From Candidatus Micrarchaeota archaeon (GTDB lineage Archaea; Micrarchaeota; Micrarchaeia; Norongarragalinales; SBBD01), in NCBI GenBank assembly GCA_041305345.1, contig JBFYLP010000006.1, positions 369,601 through 433,600 on the forward strand: a stretch of 64,000 bases of DNA, in the 5' to 3' direction. The position numbers and the translations under genes are program-made. The stretch's first letter is position 1, and every line of letters begins with the position of its first letter. This document shows, piece by piece, positions 25,946 through 36,097 of this stretch. A model generated the notes under the pieces. The model saw only the letters and a program-made list of their open reading frames with translations. It was not told the DNA's origin and did no database searches.

Positions 25946-26989
25946 TTAATCGTACGGATTAAGCTCGGGCTCAAGGCTGGGATTTGGGGTTGCGGGAGCG
26001 CCCTGGTCGATGACCTCAAGCGGATCGTTTGCGAGCCTGAAATTGATTGGGCCATCCGAGGTTTTCTCCCACATTTCCACGAGCGGATTTTGGGAGGTGC
26101 TTTTCATTGTGTAGCCGTCCTTGCCGTATTTCCCATCCTTCACTGCGTGCACGTAAAGGGAAGGCACGCTGCTCATTGTCTTGAGCACCAGCCAGTAAAC
26201 CCCCGGCCGGAGGGTGGTCTTCTGCGGGGTATCGAATTTTACCCAACTCAAGGTCGTAGGTATTACTGCAAAGCCGTTGGATAGGGCTAGTTCAGATACG
26301 CCCGAGGGCTTGTTGCTTGCATCAGGCCTTATCTGCAAGTATATTTCACTGTTGTCCATTGTCCCGGGGATCTTGCGAAGCATCACCTCGATGCTTCTTA
26401 CCGGAGTAGGCTTTTCAATCACGAATGCCTGCGCCTTCATGTTGGCGCTGTTGAACTCCAAAAGAAGGTCGCCGGAGATGTCATCGAAGAAGCCAAATGG
26501 CAGCCCGGTTATGGAAATGGGGTATTCGTTGTTTGCCGCAACCTCGGTTTCCGCATCAGGCGAGATGCGCAGAGTCAGCGCATATTCCCTTGTCTGGTCG
26601 GGCACGAATACGAATTGGACGGTTTCCGCGGGCATTAGGGTCGTTAGTACCTTCTCCGAAAGCAAGCGTTTTCCGTCATATAAGCCGATGGTGGCACCGA
26701 AAACTTCTTCTGAACACGGGTTTTTCTCGTAAATGATTTCCGCGCTGATTGGCGTGGTTGAACCGTATGTAACTTCTGCTGCTGCATTCACGCCCCCGAA
26801 CTTGACATCGGGCTCCTTGCATTGCGATTGCGCAGTTGGCTGCTGCGTGGCTGTTGGCGTCCCGGTGGCGGCCTGCACCGAAGTTGCAGGCTGCAAAGTT
26901 GGAGCTGGCGTGGGCTGCTGCTGCGCAAGGCAGCCAAAAAGCAGGGTAAAACCCAGCAATAAAATCAATACCTTGTTCACGTGAACCAC
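25946..26989 (-). CDS. secreted / lipoprotein-like protein with Thr/Pro/Gln-rich linker
   Basis: Signal peptide with LLFGC lipobox-like motif, then a TPAPTLQPATSVQAATGTPTATQQPT linker. Confidence 0.45.
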   Translation of the reverse strand: MVHVNKVLILLLGFTLLFGCLAQQQPTPAPTLQPATSVQAATGTPTATQQPTAQSQCKEPDVKFGGVNAAAEVTYGSTTPISAEIIYEKNPCSEEVFGATIGLYDGKRLLSEKVLTTLMPAETVQFVFVPDQTREYALTLRISPDAETEVAANNEYPISITGLPFGFFDDISGDLLLEFNSANMKAQAFVIEKPTPVRSIEVMLRKIPGTMDNSEIYLQIRPDASNKPSGVSELALSNGFAVIPTTLSWVKFDTPQKTTLRPGVYWLVLKTMSSVPSLYVHAVKDGKYGKDGYTMKSTSQNPLVEMWEKTSDGPINFRLANDPLEVIDQGAPATPNPSLEPELNPYD

Positions 26990-27220
26990 CTCAAAATAGA
27001 TGTTACTAATAGTGGCTTGGGGATTTTAAGCTTGCTGTTTGGGGTTGGCTTTTTAGCATAAGTTCGATGCGCAGGGTTTTGGGATTCACCCTGTTGCCGC
27101 AATCCATATTTTACAGGAATGGGACTTTTTGGTGGAACGGATGAAGGAAAGCGCTTCCGCTAGTATGGATGGCAGATAAAATAAGAAAAAGAAAAGAAAA
27201 AAAATAAAAAAAGAAGGGCC

Positions 27221-29734
27221 TTAGCCCCTCACAGAGTCCCTGTTCTCGTTGAGCCAGCTGATCAGTTCATTTCCGGCCGCAGCAGTATCGGCTGCAGTGT
27301 AACCTGCAACGATAAGCTTCGTGCCCATGACCTGAACGATCGGTGCATCACCAGACTTCAACGCAACACCTGCCTGCGCTGCCATCGTGTTGACGATCTG
27401 CCCTCCAACGACTACCAGGTTGCTTGTGCTGGATGCCATCGGGTCAGAGTCAAGGACGACCAACGGGTTGGTGTCAGTCATCAGCTCGGTGACAACTGCC
27501 GCATTCTCAACGCTCGGAGCCAGTTCGTCGATGCCGGTGACATCACCAGCGCCGCCGCCTGAAATCTTTGCGGTGATCGCGTCAACCTTCAGGGAATAGC
27601 CGCCGCCTATTGTGTAGGGGTCGCCTTCCTTCAGGGTGACTGCTGCGTCGTTGCCTGCAGAGCTTCCACCTTGGGATCCACTAGTCAGCGTGAATCTCGC
27701 TTGCGGGATCTTCTTCGCATAACTGATGGTCGCGGAAGTCGAGGAGACTCCGGAGAACACGTTTCCTCTGTAGGTCGTGTATCCTCTCTCCTTGGTTGCA
27801 AAGTTCTGCGGGTAAGGCAGCCCGTCGTCTCCAGATGCAGCCTTCACGCCATTGTCATACCCGATCTTGTCCACTGTGGTGGCGCCGACCGTGTTGACAA
27901 ACTGGTCGAGAGTGTCGTCGTAGAGCAGGTTCAGGTGGAAGTTGTTTGCAACTGTCGCCTGGGTGCCGTTGTTGTTTTCGGTGAGTTCCGAAATCGCAAC
28001 TAGCCCTGCGGTAGTGACGAATGCGCCGGTGTTGTTGTACGCATATGAGGCGTTCACCAATATCTGCGCGCTCTCCTCGGAGCCGTAGTAGTACGTCAGC
28101 GAGCCATAGGTTGTGCTTGAGTTCGAGTACTGCCCTGCGTTGGTCACGTAGAACACGGTGCCTGGCATGACGAGTGTTGTTTGGGTTGCGTTGCTTCCGG
28201 TTTCGAGCACTACATACACCGCGTTGGTGCTTGTTGCCCCGAACTTGAATGCATCGCTCTTCCCGGAAATTATGTTCAGTACATTTCCGGAAATTGAACC
28301 CGCAGGTCCGTCCGTGCTCATGACATAGTTCTTCTGGATTGAGAAGCTCAGGGAGTCATAGTCAACAGTCTCCATGCCCAAGTAGTTGAGCTTGTAGCCT
28401 GCCATTCCCTTGACGATGTCAATTGCTTCGCCTGGCGCGAGGTTTTGCGACAGTGGCGTCTTGTAGGTCTGGTCAATGTCGTTGTACAGCATGATCTTCG
28501 AGATTCCTTCAGTGGAACCAACTGTGCTGTGCCCGATCTTGCCCTTCCAGTTCTTGTGCGATTCGCCTCCAGAGATCTCTTGGTCGTTGTTGATAACCAG
28601 TTGGCTGGAATACAACGAAACGTCCGCGATACCCTGCTTTGCGAATGCTCCTGGGAAGACCTTGTTGACCTTGATCACGATGTTGTTCGCTTCAGAGACA
28701 GTCGAAGTGTCGAGCTCTCCGAGGTACAGCCTCTTGATGAGCTTGCCATCCTTGTCCATGATGTCGAACTGCGCCCTCTGTGGTGAGAACGCTGACAAGT
28801 CCTTCAGGACTATGACGTACCCATCGGGGGTCGTAACTTGGTCGTCTATCTGGAATGACTCCTTCCTTGTGATCTGCTTTCCGAGGGTCACGCCGGTGAC
28901 GGTTCCGTTTGCTCCGGAAACAGCGCCTACGGTGTAGTCGAAAATCGTCCACTTGTCTCCAAGGAACGTAATCTCGACGTTGCCCTTCTTCAGCATATCG
29001 GAATCGGTCGTGCAGTTGACTGAGTTCTTTGAGGTGTCGAAGCAAAGCGGAATAGGGTCAGAGAACACTGCCTCATAACCCGTCTTCACGTATTTCGATT
29101 GGACTACCTTTGCATTTTCGTCATATTCTACATATGCGAATGCATACACCTTCTGCTCTTCCTTGGTGTTTGTGCTGCCCTTCGGGTAGGTGATCTTGCC
29201 ATCAGCTGCCATGCCTGGTGCAGGCCCGACTACTGAAGTGAGATCCTTCGTGATTACCTTGGGTCCGAGACCGGTTGCGAAAGAGGATACTCCAGTGGCG
29301 AATCTCTGGTTCTCCGAAGTGCTCCTGTTGGATTCTACGGAAAAGTCGAGGTCGTCATGGATGTACGCCTTCATCTCGTATGCGGTTGCCGGGTTCACTC
29401 CGGGCGTGGTTATGGTCAAGCCCACTTCCTTGTCGGTCAGCGATCCGCCGGCCTCCGCAGAAGTCCCGAGCTTGTCCGTGTTCAGTACTTGCACTTCCTG
29501 TGTCTTGTACGCGAGGTTGCCCATGACTGCCGCGATGTTTGCTCCAACAACGACATCCTCAGGCTTGGCCTTCGCGCCGATCACGATCTTGACTTGTGGC
29601 TCCCCTGCCGAAAAGAACGGGTACGAGCTCACGCCGGTCGAGTCGAAATCGACTGCCGCTCCCGCAAACGCTGCGCCCATCATTGCGACGCCGCTTGCTA
29701 TTGCAGCAACTCTCTTCACATTCATACTATTCAT
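27221..29734 (-). CDS. candidate S-layer (glyco)protein
   Basis: 837 aa with an N-terminal signal peptide (…VAAIASGVAMMGAAFAGAA), T/S/G/N/V-rich composition and many N-x-S/T sequons. About 520 bp of non-coding sequence lies upstream. Confidence 0.5.
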   Translation of the reverse strand: MNSMNVKRVAAIASGVAMMGAAFAGAAVDFDSTGVSSYPFFSAGEPQVKIVIGAKAKPEDVVVGANIAAVMGNLAYKTQEVQVLNTDKLGTSAEAGGSLTDKEVGLTITTPGVNPATAYEMKAYIHDDLDFSVESNRSTSENQRFATGVSSFATGLGPKVITKDLTSVVGPAPGMAADGKITYPKGSTNTKEEQKVYAFAYVEYDENAKVVQSKYVKTGYEAVFSDPIPLCFDTSKNSVNCTTDSDMLKKGNVEITFLGDKWTIFDYTVGAVSGANGTVTGVTLGKQITRKESFQIDDQVTTPDGYVIVLKDLSAFSPQRAQFDIMDKDGKLIKRLYLGELDTSTVSEANNIVIKVNKVFPGAFAKQGIADVSLYSSQLVINNDQEISGGESHKNWKGKIGHSTVGSTEGISKIMLYNDIDQTYKTPLSQNLAPGEAIDIVKGMAGYKLNYLGMETVDYDSLSFSIQKNYVMSTDGPAGSISGNVLNIISGKSDAFKFGATSTNAVYVVLETGSNATQTTLVMPGTVFYVTNAGQYSNSSTTYGSLTYYYGSEESAQILVNASYAYNNTGAFVTTAGLVAISELTENNNGTQATVANNFHLNLLYDDTLDQFVNTVGATTVDKIGYDNGVKAASGDDGLPYPQNFATKERGYTTYRGNVFSGVSSTSATISYAKKIPQARFTLTSGSQGGSSAGNDAAVTLKEGDPYTIGGGYSLKVDAITAKISGGGAGDVTGIDELAPSVENAAVVTELMTDTNPLVVLDSDPMASSTSNLVVVGGQIVNTMAAQAGVALKSGDAPIVQVMGTKLIVAGYTAADTAAAGNELISWLNENRDSVRG

Positions 29735-30255
29735 GTTTTCACCTGTTTTACTGCAGATGCGAACAAAAGAATCGCATCCGCCTAACTTGCCTTGTTCTTA
29801 CGCAACTGCCGGATGCAGCCGCGTTGTTAGCAGAAAACCTCGCCACCCCTTGCCATATCCTTCTCATCCACGCATCAAAGCGATCCGAAGATATGAATAA
29901 TGGCGTTCAAAGGTTCTGGCTGTGCACCTTTGAAAAAGAAAGGTGCAGGCAGCAGATGCCTTCTGCTGAACTCCAAAGTTAATCTTTCGAGGGTATTTAA
30001 ACCTTTGTTTCCCTTCCTGACAATTGACGATGTACCCTTCCTAAAAAGACGAATTTTGGGCGTTTTGAGGGCGTTTTTTGCGTCAAATTTACGAGCTAAA
30101 ACCGTATTTCCAGGAATTGTTAGACAAAAGCCGAAATGGGTGAAAAAATCGGGTTGTTTTTTTACTGAAAAATGATTTAAAAATGTTCCGTTTTTAACAT
30201 ATTGCAACACGTGCGGCAATATTACAAGGTATTCGCTTGGGGGTTTTGGGAAAGC

Positions 30256-30504
30256 TCAATCCTTTGTATCGGGCTTTTTTGCCTTCTCAAACACCGTTTT
30301 CATGACCTTCAGGTCACGGAGAAGGGATGTTGACCTGGCCCGGAGTGGGGAAAAGGAATCGGCTTCTATTATATACTGGAGTTTATTGCCTCCCCTATGC
30401 AACACGTGAAGCGTTGTGTTCCTGCCCTTTTGCGGCTTGATTACCTTCAAGGCATTCCCGGCTTCCTCCTTGTCCTTGAACTCGATCTCGAATGTTGCTT
30501 TCAT
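30256..30504 (-). CDS. KEOPS Pcc1-like small protein (tentative)
   Basis: 82 aa. The pattern A.FEIEF…A..AL.V…..HVLHRGGNKLQYIIEADSFSPLRA..SLLRDLKV resembles the Pcc1/CTAG family. Confidence 0.35.
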   Translation of the reverse strand: MKATFEIEFKDKEEAGNALKVIKPQKGRNTTLHVLHRGGNKLQYIIEADSFSPLRARSTSLLRDLKVMKTVFEKAKKPDTKD

Positions 30505-30740
30505 TTCTCCGCACCTTTTATGGTAAAGTAGAGGAAGGATACCCCAAAACCAACTAATAGGTCTAGTAAGAAGTTAATTGGATAAAGAACGGGCTTGAGA
30601 TTGAAATTTGGCGGGTAAGACTCATAAAAGAAGAACGGCAAGCCTAAAGCACTAAAATTACGGAAAACGAGGGGTATGAGGGAAAGCCCGATAAAAACCA
30701 CCAGCCCCCAGCCGAGGATATCTGTGAAGTTAAATTTCAT
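30501..30740 (-). CDS. small two-helix membrane protein, hypothetical
   Basis: 79 aa, hydrophobic; start overlaps the downstream gene. Confidence 0.3.
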   Translation of the reverse strand: MKFNFTDILGWGLVVFIGLSLIPLVFRNFSALGLPFFFYESYPPNFNLKPVLYPINFLLDLLVGFGVSFLYFTIKGAEK

Positions 30741-30804
30741 TCAGCACCACCGGCTACAAGTCCTGTTTCAGCTTCCTTCTTGCTTTTAAACTCAGAAATG
30801 GCTT

Positions 30805-31077
30805 TCATGCTGATCCTTCCTTTTTCCCAATTAATTGATGAAGCACACAGACGAACAAGTAGAAGAATGCCAAATCAATAAAAAGGTTGGCAAAATCCCA
30901 GGATTCCGAATGCGGGATGGACGGGCTTCCTTGCGTAGAATGGAAAGCGAGTGGAAAACCGGCCAAATCCAGTGGCGCAGACACGGCCAGCGTCCAATCC
31001 AGATAGGTCACGATGACAAACAGGGCTGCAAACATCGCGAGTTTTGCCTTCGTTGGCCTAAATGGGCTCAGGTCCAT
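30805..31077 (-). CDS. small membrane protein, hypothetical
   Basis: 90 aa with two hydrophobic segments. Confidence 0.3.
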   Translation of the reverse strand: MDLSPFRPTKAKLAMFAALFVIVTYLDWTLAVSAPLDLAGFPLAFHSTQGSPSIPHSESWDFANLFIDLAFFYLFVCVLHQLIGKKEGSA

Positions 31078-31092
31078 TAAATCCCCTTTTCC

Positions 31093-33021
31093 TTAAGCAG
31101 CAGCCCCAGCTGGTTGCTGCATCTTCTTCCTGACATCCACATCCTCCTTGCACTTGGGGCAGGTGTATACAAACGTGCCCTCCTTTATCTTGATGCTTGG
31201 CGAGCAGTTTGCGCACATTCCAGTCCCGCAATACGGGCAGAAGATGATTTTGGAGTTCTTCGAATGGCAGGTGGGGCAGCCCATTCCCTTCTCGGCTTCT
31301 ATCTTTACGAAGGCAATGTCCGTCTTCACCTCCGGTTTCCCGCTTGCATCAGCAATGTCGGTAAGCTGGGATAGGACGCTTGATTTGGGGCTGCTTGCTG
31401 CCCCTTCCTTATTCTCGGGCGCCTTCTCGCCAAGCAGATCCTCGAATGACAGTTCCGCTTTCCCTGCTGGCATTGAAGATGCGGCCTTTGGCGGCGCAAC
31501 CGAAAGGTTCTCCTTGATGCCATCGGACTTGTTCGCCTTGAGCTGGGTATAAACATCGCTTACCAGCAGATCAAAGTTTTCCTGCTGCGCGGTATCATTG
31601 GAGGCAAACACGCTTACATTACTGGGCGCTTCCGCAGGTTCGCCGCCCTTCATCATATACCGCCGGTGAATTACGGCTCCGGGAGGAAGCTGCGCTTGCT
31701 GCATTTGCACTGCCTGGTACATCCTATGCTGGCCGGCAACAGGCTTAACCTGCAAGGGCTTATCCAGCACATCCTTTGGCAGAATCTCAGTTAGGATCAA
31801 TTCGGCCTGCGCTTCCTCGGCCTTCCGCTTCTGTTCCTCAAGCAGCTTCGGATCCGACTTGAATTTCGATTCCCCCTCCTCCTTTACCTCCCTTTTGGGT
31901 ATCTCCAGGGGCTGATCCTTCATTATTTCGGACTTCATTCCAAGCAGCGCCTCGTTCTCGCCTTCTGCAAGCGGAATTGGCTTCCTTGGCCGCGGAATCA
32001 TTTCGGGGGTCAGTGGCTCCTCGTCCTTCCTGTTTGCGATGTCCTTCTTGATGTCCTCGATGCTCCTTTCAGGTCCTCTTGGAAGCACATTTTCCTGCTT
32101 TGCATCATCCCGGATTTTTTGAATTGCCTCACTTGCTTGGGGTTTTTGGGGTTCCAGCTTCCTTTCCGCAACCTTCGCCTCCTCCTTTTTCCCGCTAAGG
32201 ATATCCCCAACCATGCCCATGAAGCCCTTCCTGGTCGCATTTTCCTCAGGCTTCAGAGCAATTTGGATTCCAGGCGGAGCTGCTTTTTGTTCTGCTAGGG
32301 CAACAGATGGGATCCGCTCCATTTGGGGTTTTGCGATTGGCTTCCTTGGCTGGAAGGGAACTGGCATTGCCTTCGTCTTCTTCATTTCATCCAATTCCAC
32401 CCGGCTTTCCCTCTTCCCTGAAAGCATCCCCATTATCGAGCTGAAAATATTGTCCTGCTTCGAAAGCTGCACCGCCTCTTCCGATACTAGCTGCACCTGC
32501 TCCTTCCTTAGCTTATCGAGAAGTTCCTTCTTCCGCTCCCCGCTCTTATCCCGGATGTCCGACCCTTGCCTGTTGCCGACAATCCGCTCGTATACCTCCT
32601 TTTCCTGCTCCGGTCGGTCAAGGGTTTTTGTGATCTGTATGCTAATTGGCCTATCAACCGGCACGCCAACTGTCAGGAATTCGGGCTTCGAGAATATGAA
32701 GTACAGCTTGAGGAAAACGAACGATAGGAGGAAAAGCATGAATGCGATTATGGGATAGATCCCATTGCCGCCAAGCACCTCGAGCTTGTCGTCATAGAAG
32801 AAATCAATCGTGAGCGCAGAAATGGTCATCATCGCCCCGGATACGACCCCGGTGCCGAGCTTTTGCTCAAGCGGAAGCAGTCTTATCTCCGGGTAAGTAA
32901 GCCTTAGGAGCAGGTACCCTAAGGTGACGGAGCCCGCGATGTAAAACGCATAGAACGCATAGGAGAGCAAATCCATGAATAGACGAAAGGATAGGACATT
33001 TAAATAAATTGGGGTAGACAT
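31093..33021 (-). CDS. membrane protein with N-terminal TM helices, long K/E/P-rich low-complexity linker and C-terminal double zinc-ribbon
   Basis: C-terminus CPTCHSKNSKIIFCPYCGTGMCANC…CPKC; about four N-terminal hydrophobic helices. Confidence 0.45.
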   Translation of the reverse strand: MSTPIYLNVLSFRLFMDLLSYAFYAFYIAGSVTLGYLLLRLTYPEIRLLPLEQKLGTGVVSGAMMTISALTIDFFYDDKLEVLGGNGIYPIIAFMLFLLSFVFLKLYFIFSKPEFLTVGVPVDRPISIQITKTLDRPEQEKEVYERIVGNRQGSDIRDKSGERKKELLDKLRKEQVQLVSEEAVQLSKQDNIFSSIMGMLSGKRESRVELDEMKKTKAMPVPFQPRKPIAKPQMERIPSVALAEQKAAPPGIQIALKPEENATRKGFMGMVGDILSGKKEEAKVAERKLEPQKPQASEAIQKIRDDAKQENVLPRGPERSIEDIKKDIANRKDEEPLTPEMIPRPRKPIPLAEGENEALLGMKSEIMKDQPLEIPKREVKEEGESKFKSDPKLLEEQKRKAEEAQAELILTEILPKDVLDKPLQVKPVAGQHRMYQAVQMQQAQLPPGAVIHRRYMMKGGEPAEAPSNVSVFASNDTAQQENFDLLVSDVYTQLKANKSDGIKENLSVAPPKAASSMPAGKAELSFEDLLGEKAPENKEGAASSPKSSVLSQLTDIADASGKPEVKTDIAFVKIEAEKGMGCPTCHSKNSKIIFCPYCGTGMCANCSPSIKIKEGTFVYTCPKCKEDVDVRKKMQQPAGAAA

Positions 33022-33067
33022 AATAATCGAAGTATTGCCTTATTCGATTTGTGATTCCCGGTGATGT

Positions 33068-34372
33068 TTGATGGAGCAAGGATTTGCCGACATTGATGGA
33101 CTTTTCAAGGAAGGGATGGAAGGGAAGGCGGTTTCCATCAGGGGATGGGTGCACCGGAAGCGCACCTCTGGCGGGATGCTTTTCCTGATAGTCCGCGATT
33201 CAACGGACATAATCCAGGTCGCAGTGAAGAAGGACAAGGTGGATGGGAAGGAATTTACGGCTGCAGAAAAAGCACTGATTGAAAGCGCTGTTGAAGTGAA
33301 GGGCATAATAAAAAAGGATGCCCGGGCCGTCAATGGTTTTGAGATGCAGGCAACAGAATTCCACGTATCCCATTCCGCACAGGCATTCCCAATTGCGAAG
33401 GACAACTCGCCCGAATTCCTCCTCGACATCAGGCACCTGTGGGTCCGGAGCAGGGAAATTACGGCGACAATGAAGGTCAAGGCGACCCTATTGGAAGGGG
33501 TTAGGGAGTATTTCAAGCAGGAGGGCTATTACGAAACAACTCCGCCCATCATCGTTTCGGGCGCAGTGGAAGGCGGAAGCACGCTATTCGAGATGGATTA
33601 TTTCGGGAAAAAAGCGTACCTGTCCCAGTCGGCACAGCTTTACTTGGAGGCGCTCATTTTCTCCCTTGGCAAAGTTTACGCAATTACCCCATCATTCCGG
33701 GCGGAAAAATCACGCACCCTTCGGCACCTTGCAGAGTACTGGCACGTAGAGGCCGAAGCCGCCCATGCAGACCTTGATGAAATGCTTCGAATCGAGGAGG
33801 GCCTGATTTCCCACATCTGCCAGAAGGCCGCAAGGGAGAATGCAAAAGAGCTTAAATTCCTTGGCCGCGAACCTTCCGAACTCAAGAAAATCGAGCCGCC
33901 ATTCGACCGCCTGAAATATGACGAGGCAATTGGAATAATCCAGAAAAAAAACCCCGTAATAAAATGGGGGGATGATTTGGGCACCGAGGATGAAAGGATT
34001 CTTACTGCAGAACGAAAAACCCCGGTGTTCATCACGCATTACCCCAAGCACATTAAAGCATTCTATATGAAGGAGGACCCGGAGAACCCAAAAGTCGTAA
34101 AATGCAACGACTGCCTCGCGCCCGAAGGTTTTGGGGAAGTCATCGGCGGCTCGCAGCGCGAGGATGATGTTGAAAAACTGATTGCCAGGCTGAAGGAGGA
34201 GAACACGGACCTTGACGCGTACGAATGGTACCTCGATTTGCGCAGGTACGGAAGCGTCCCGCACTCGGGTTTCGGATTGGGGATGGAGCGCATCGTCCGG
34301 TGGGTGTGCAAGCTCGAGCACATCCGCGACGCGATACCATTCCCTAGGGTAATGAACCGCTCATACCCGTAA
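33068..34372 (+). CDS. asnS: asparaginyl-tRNA synthetase
   Basis: Class IIb aaRS. SQSAQLYLEALI…PSFRAEKSRTLRHLAEYWHVEAE and C-terminal WYLDLRRYGSVPHSGFGLGMERIVRWV…IRDAIPFPR match AsnRS rather than AspRS. Confidence 0.8.
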   Translation: MMEQGFADIDGLFKEGMEGKAVSIRGWVHRKRTSGGMLFLIVRDSTDIIQVAVKKDKVDGKEFTAAEKALIESAVEVKGIIKKDARAVNGFEMQATEFHVSHSAQAFPIAKDNSPEFLLDIRHLWVRSREITATMKVKATLLEGVREYFKQEGYYETTPPIIVSGAVEGGSTLFEMDYFGKKAYLSQSAQLYLEALIFSLGKVYAITPSFRAEKSRTLRHLAEYWHVEAEAAHADLDEMLRIEEGLISHICQKAARENAKELKFLGREPSELKKIEPPFDRLKYDEAIGIIQKKNPVIKWGDDLGTEDERILTAERKTPVFITHYPKHIKAFYMKEDPENPKVVKCNDCLAPEGFGEVIGGSQREDDVEKLIARLKEENTDLDAYEWYLDLRRYGSVPHSGFGLGMERIVRWVCKLEHIRDAIPFPRVMNRSYP

Positions 34373-34466
34373 ACACCAACAGACATTGGGCTCCCTCCCA
34401 CTAGAAACAAATATATTCCTTTCAATCCGTTTCATTTATGTGGAGGCTCGCAAGTTGAGCCAAGCG

Positions 34467-35342
34467 ATGTTCGAGGATCTGTTCTCTGAAGAGCTGCAAT
34501 CGCTCCGCATCAAGTGCAGTTTCAACCGATTACTTTTCGGAACAATAATTGCATCCTCATTTGCTGCCCTGATTTTCTTTCTTTTTTCCCAAACCGAACC
34601 GTTCTTCAAATCGCTGATTTCCCTCGCAATCCTTTTTTTGCCTCCGTCGCTGCTCTATTTCCTCCTCGATTACTTGCACGATGGCAAGCTAAAGCAAATC
34701 GATGCTGAGCTTCCGGAGGCTCTCTTCCAGATCGCGGCATTCCCGCAAAACACATCGATGGAAAAAATAATCGAATCTGTTGCGGAAAAAAAGACGCCAT
34801 TGGGGAGGGAGTTCCTTAAGGCGCATAATTTGATCAAGGCGGGATTTGCGACAAGTGAAGCACTCGAAACGATCGGGAATGACAGCGGCTCTCCGCTTCT
34901 TAGGCGCTCCGTCTCGCTGATAATCCAGGCATACGAGTCGGGGAGCGATCTTGGCATCTGCATTAGCGAAATCGCTTCGGACATATTTGAGATGCAATCG
35001 CTCCGGAAGGAGGCATCTTCCTTGGCTGCGATGCAAAAATACACGCTGCTTGCTGGCAGCGGCGTGCTCATACCGCTTATCCTTGGGCTCCTGCTAGGCA
35101 TTGTCTCGAGCCTTCCGATGAGCGAGGATGCCACGCTTCAGGGCTTTGGCCACAATCACGCTTTGCTTTTGGCAATTGATGGGTCGATCCACGCATACCT
35201 CCTGATCCTTGCGGCCCTGTGTGCCATCTTCGTCGCATTTCAGGATGGGAAGATTAAAAAGGCTCCGGTCTATTTCTGTATGTTGCTCCCAAGCAGCCAA
35301 TTCGTTTTCCTCATAGTCAAGGGGGCAAATCCATTAGGGTGA
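34467..35342 (+). CDS. single-domain T2SSF (TadC/FlaJ-like) membrane protein
   Basis: Cytoplasmic helical segment (…LPEALFQIAAFPQNTSMEKI…GFATSEALETIGNDSGSPLLRRSVSLIIQAYESGSDLGICISEIASD…) flanked by TM helices resembles the T2SSF domain. A TATA-like box at ~34411 argues against the longer 34386 start. Confidence 0.45.
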   Translation: MFEDLFSEELQSLRIKCSFNRLLFGTIIASSFAALIFFLFSQTEPFFKSLISLAILFLPPSLLYFLLDYLHDGKLKQIDAELPEALFQIAAFPQNTSMEKIIESVAEKKTPLGREFLKAHNLIKAGFATSEALETIGNDSGSPLLRRSVSLIIQAYESGSDLGICISEIASDIFEMQSLRKEASSLAAMQKYTLLAGSGVLIPLILGLLLGIVSSLPMSEDATLQGFGHNHALLLAIDGSIHAYLLILAALCAIFVAFQDGKIKKAPVYFCMLLPSSQFVFLIVKGANPLG

Positions 35343-36073
35343 CGCAGATGATAATTGAAATCCGTGAGACCGAGAAGGTAAAGCTCAAAAATGCCATCAT
35401 GATAGAGGGCTTCCCGGGAATTGGGATGATAGGCACCATTTCCGCATCATACCTAGCGGAAAAACTGGGGATGAGGATCGTTGGCTACATCTCAAGCTCC
35501 CACTTCCCGCCCATTGCCGCAATACACGATTACGTGCCGGTTTCCCCAGCTAGGATATACGCATCCGAAAAGCACAATTTGATCGTGCTGTTTTCCGAAT
35601 TCGTCATACCATCGGAAGTCGCATTCGCGCTCTCCCAAAGGATCCTTAAATATGCAAGGGAGAAGGGATGCAAGGAAGTATACTCGCTAGCCGGAATTGC
35701 TTCGGACACCCCCCAGGACAAGATTTTCGGCATCGGCTCCTCTCCGCAGATGGTTGAAAGGCTAAAGAAGGCGGGAGTGGAAGTGATAAAGGAAGGCGCA
35801 ACGCAGGGTGTGTCGGGCCTTTTGATTGCGGAATGCGCATCCGAGAAATTCCCAGCTGCAAACCTGCTTGTGCAGACCTCGCAGCCAATGGAACCCAAGG
35901 GTTCCGCAAAGCTCCTATCAAAACTCGCCGAGATCATAAAAGTCCCAATTGATGTGAAGCCCCTGGTCGCGGAGGGAGCGGTCATCGAGGACAAGATACG
36001 GACGAGCATGGAAAAGATAAAGACAATGCACACGAAATACAACGAGATGGGCGAGAACCCCGCCTACGCATAA
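35339..36073 (+). CDS. PAC2-family proteasome assembly chaperone (PbaA/PbaB-like)
   Basis: IEGFPGIGMIG motif and overall length match the PAC2 family. Confidence 0.65.
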   Translation: MTQMIIEIRETEKVKLKNAIMIEGFPGIGMIGTISASYLAEKLGMRIVGYISSSHFPPIAAIHDYVPVSPARIYASEKHNLIVLFSEFVIPSEVAFALSQRILKYAREKGCKEVYSLAGIASDTPQDKIFGIGSSPQMVERLKKAGVEVIKEGATQGVSGLLIAECASEKFPAANLLVQTSQPMEPKGSAKLLSKLAEIIKVPIDVKPLVAEGAVIEDKIRTSMEKIKTMHTKYNEMGENPAYA

Positions 36074-36078
36074 GGCCC

Positions 36079-36097
36079 AAGGGGGCACATCCCCCTT
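36079..36097 (+). terminator. GC-rich stem-loop immediately after the PAC2 gene
   Basis: aaGGGGGcacatCCCCCtt, perfect 5-7 bp stem, 6 nt after the stop. Confidence 0.35.

Noticed and set aside
25946-26989. Considered annotating the lipoprotein-like gene as an S-layer anchor (SlaB-like)
   Set aside because: No C-terminal TM helix or coiled-coil stalk typical of SlaB-type anchors. Only the adjacency supports it.
29190-29982. Plus-strand ORFs (236, 142, 128 aa) overlapping the 5' part of the S-layer candidate gene
   Set aside because: Overlap a long, compositionally coherent minus-strand CDS with a signal peptide; they are likely spurious.
35530-36042. 170-aa minus-strand ORF antisense to the PAC2 gene
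   Set aside because: Shadow ORF; the PAC2 IEGFPGIG motif supports the plus-strand gene.
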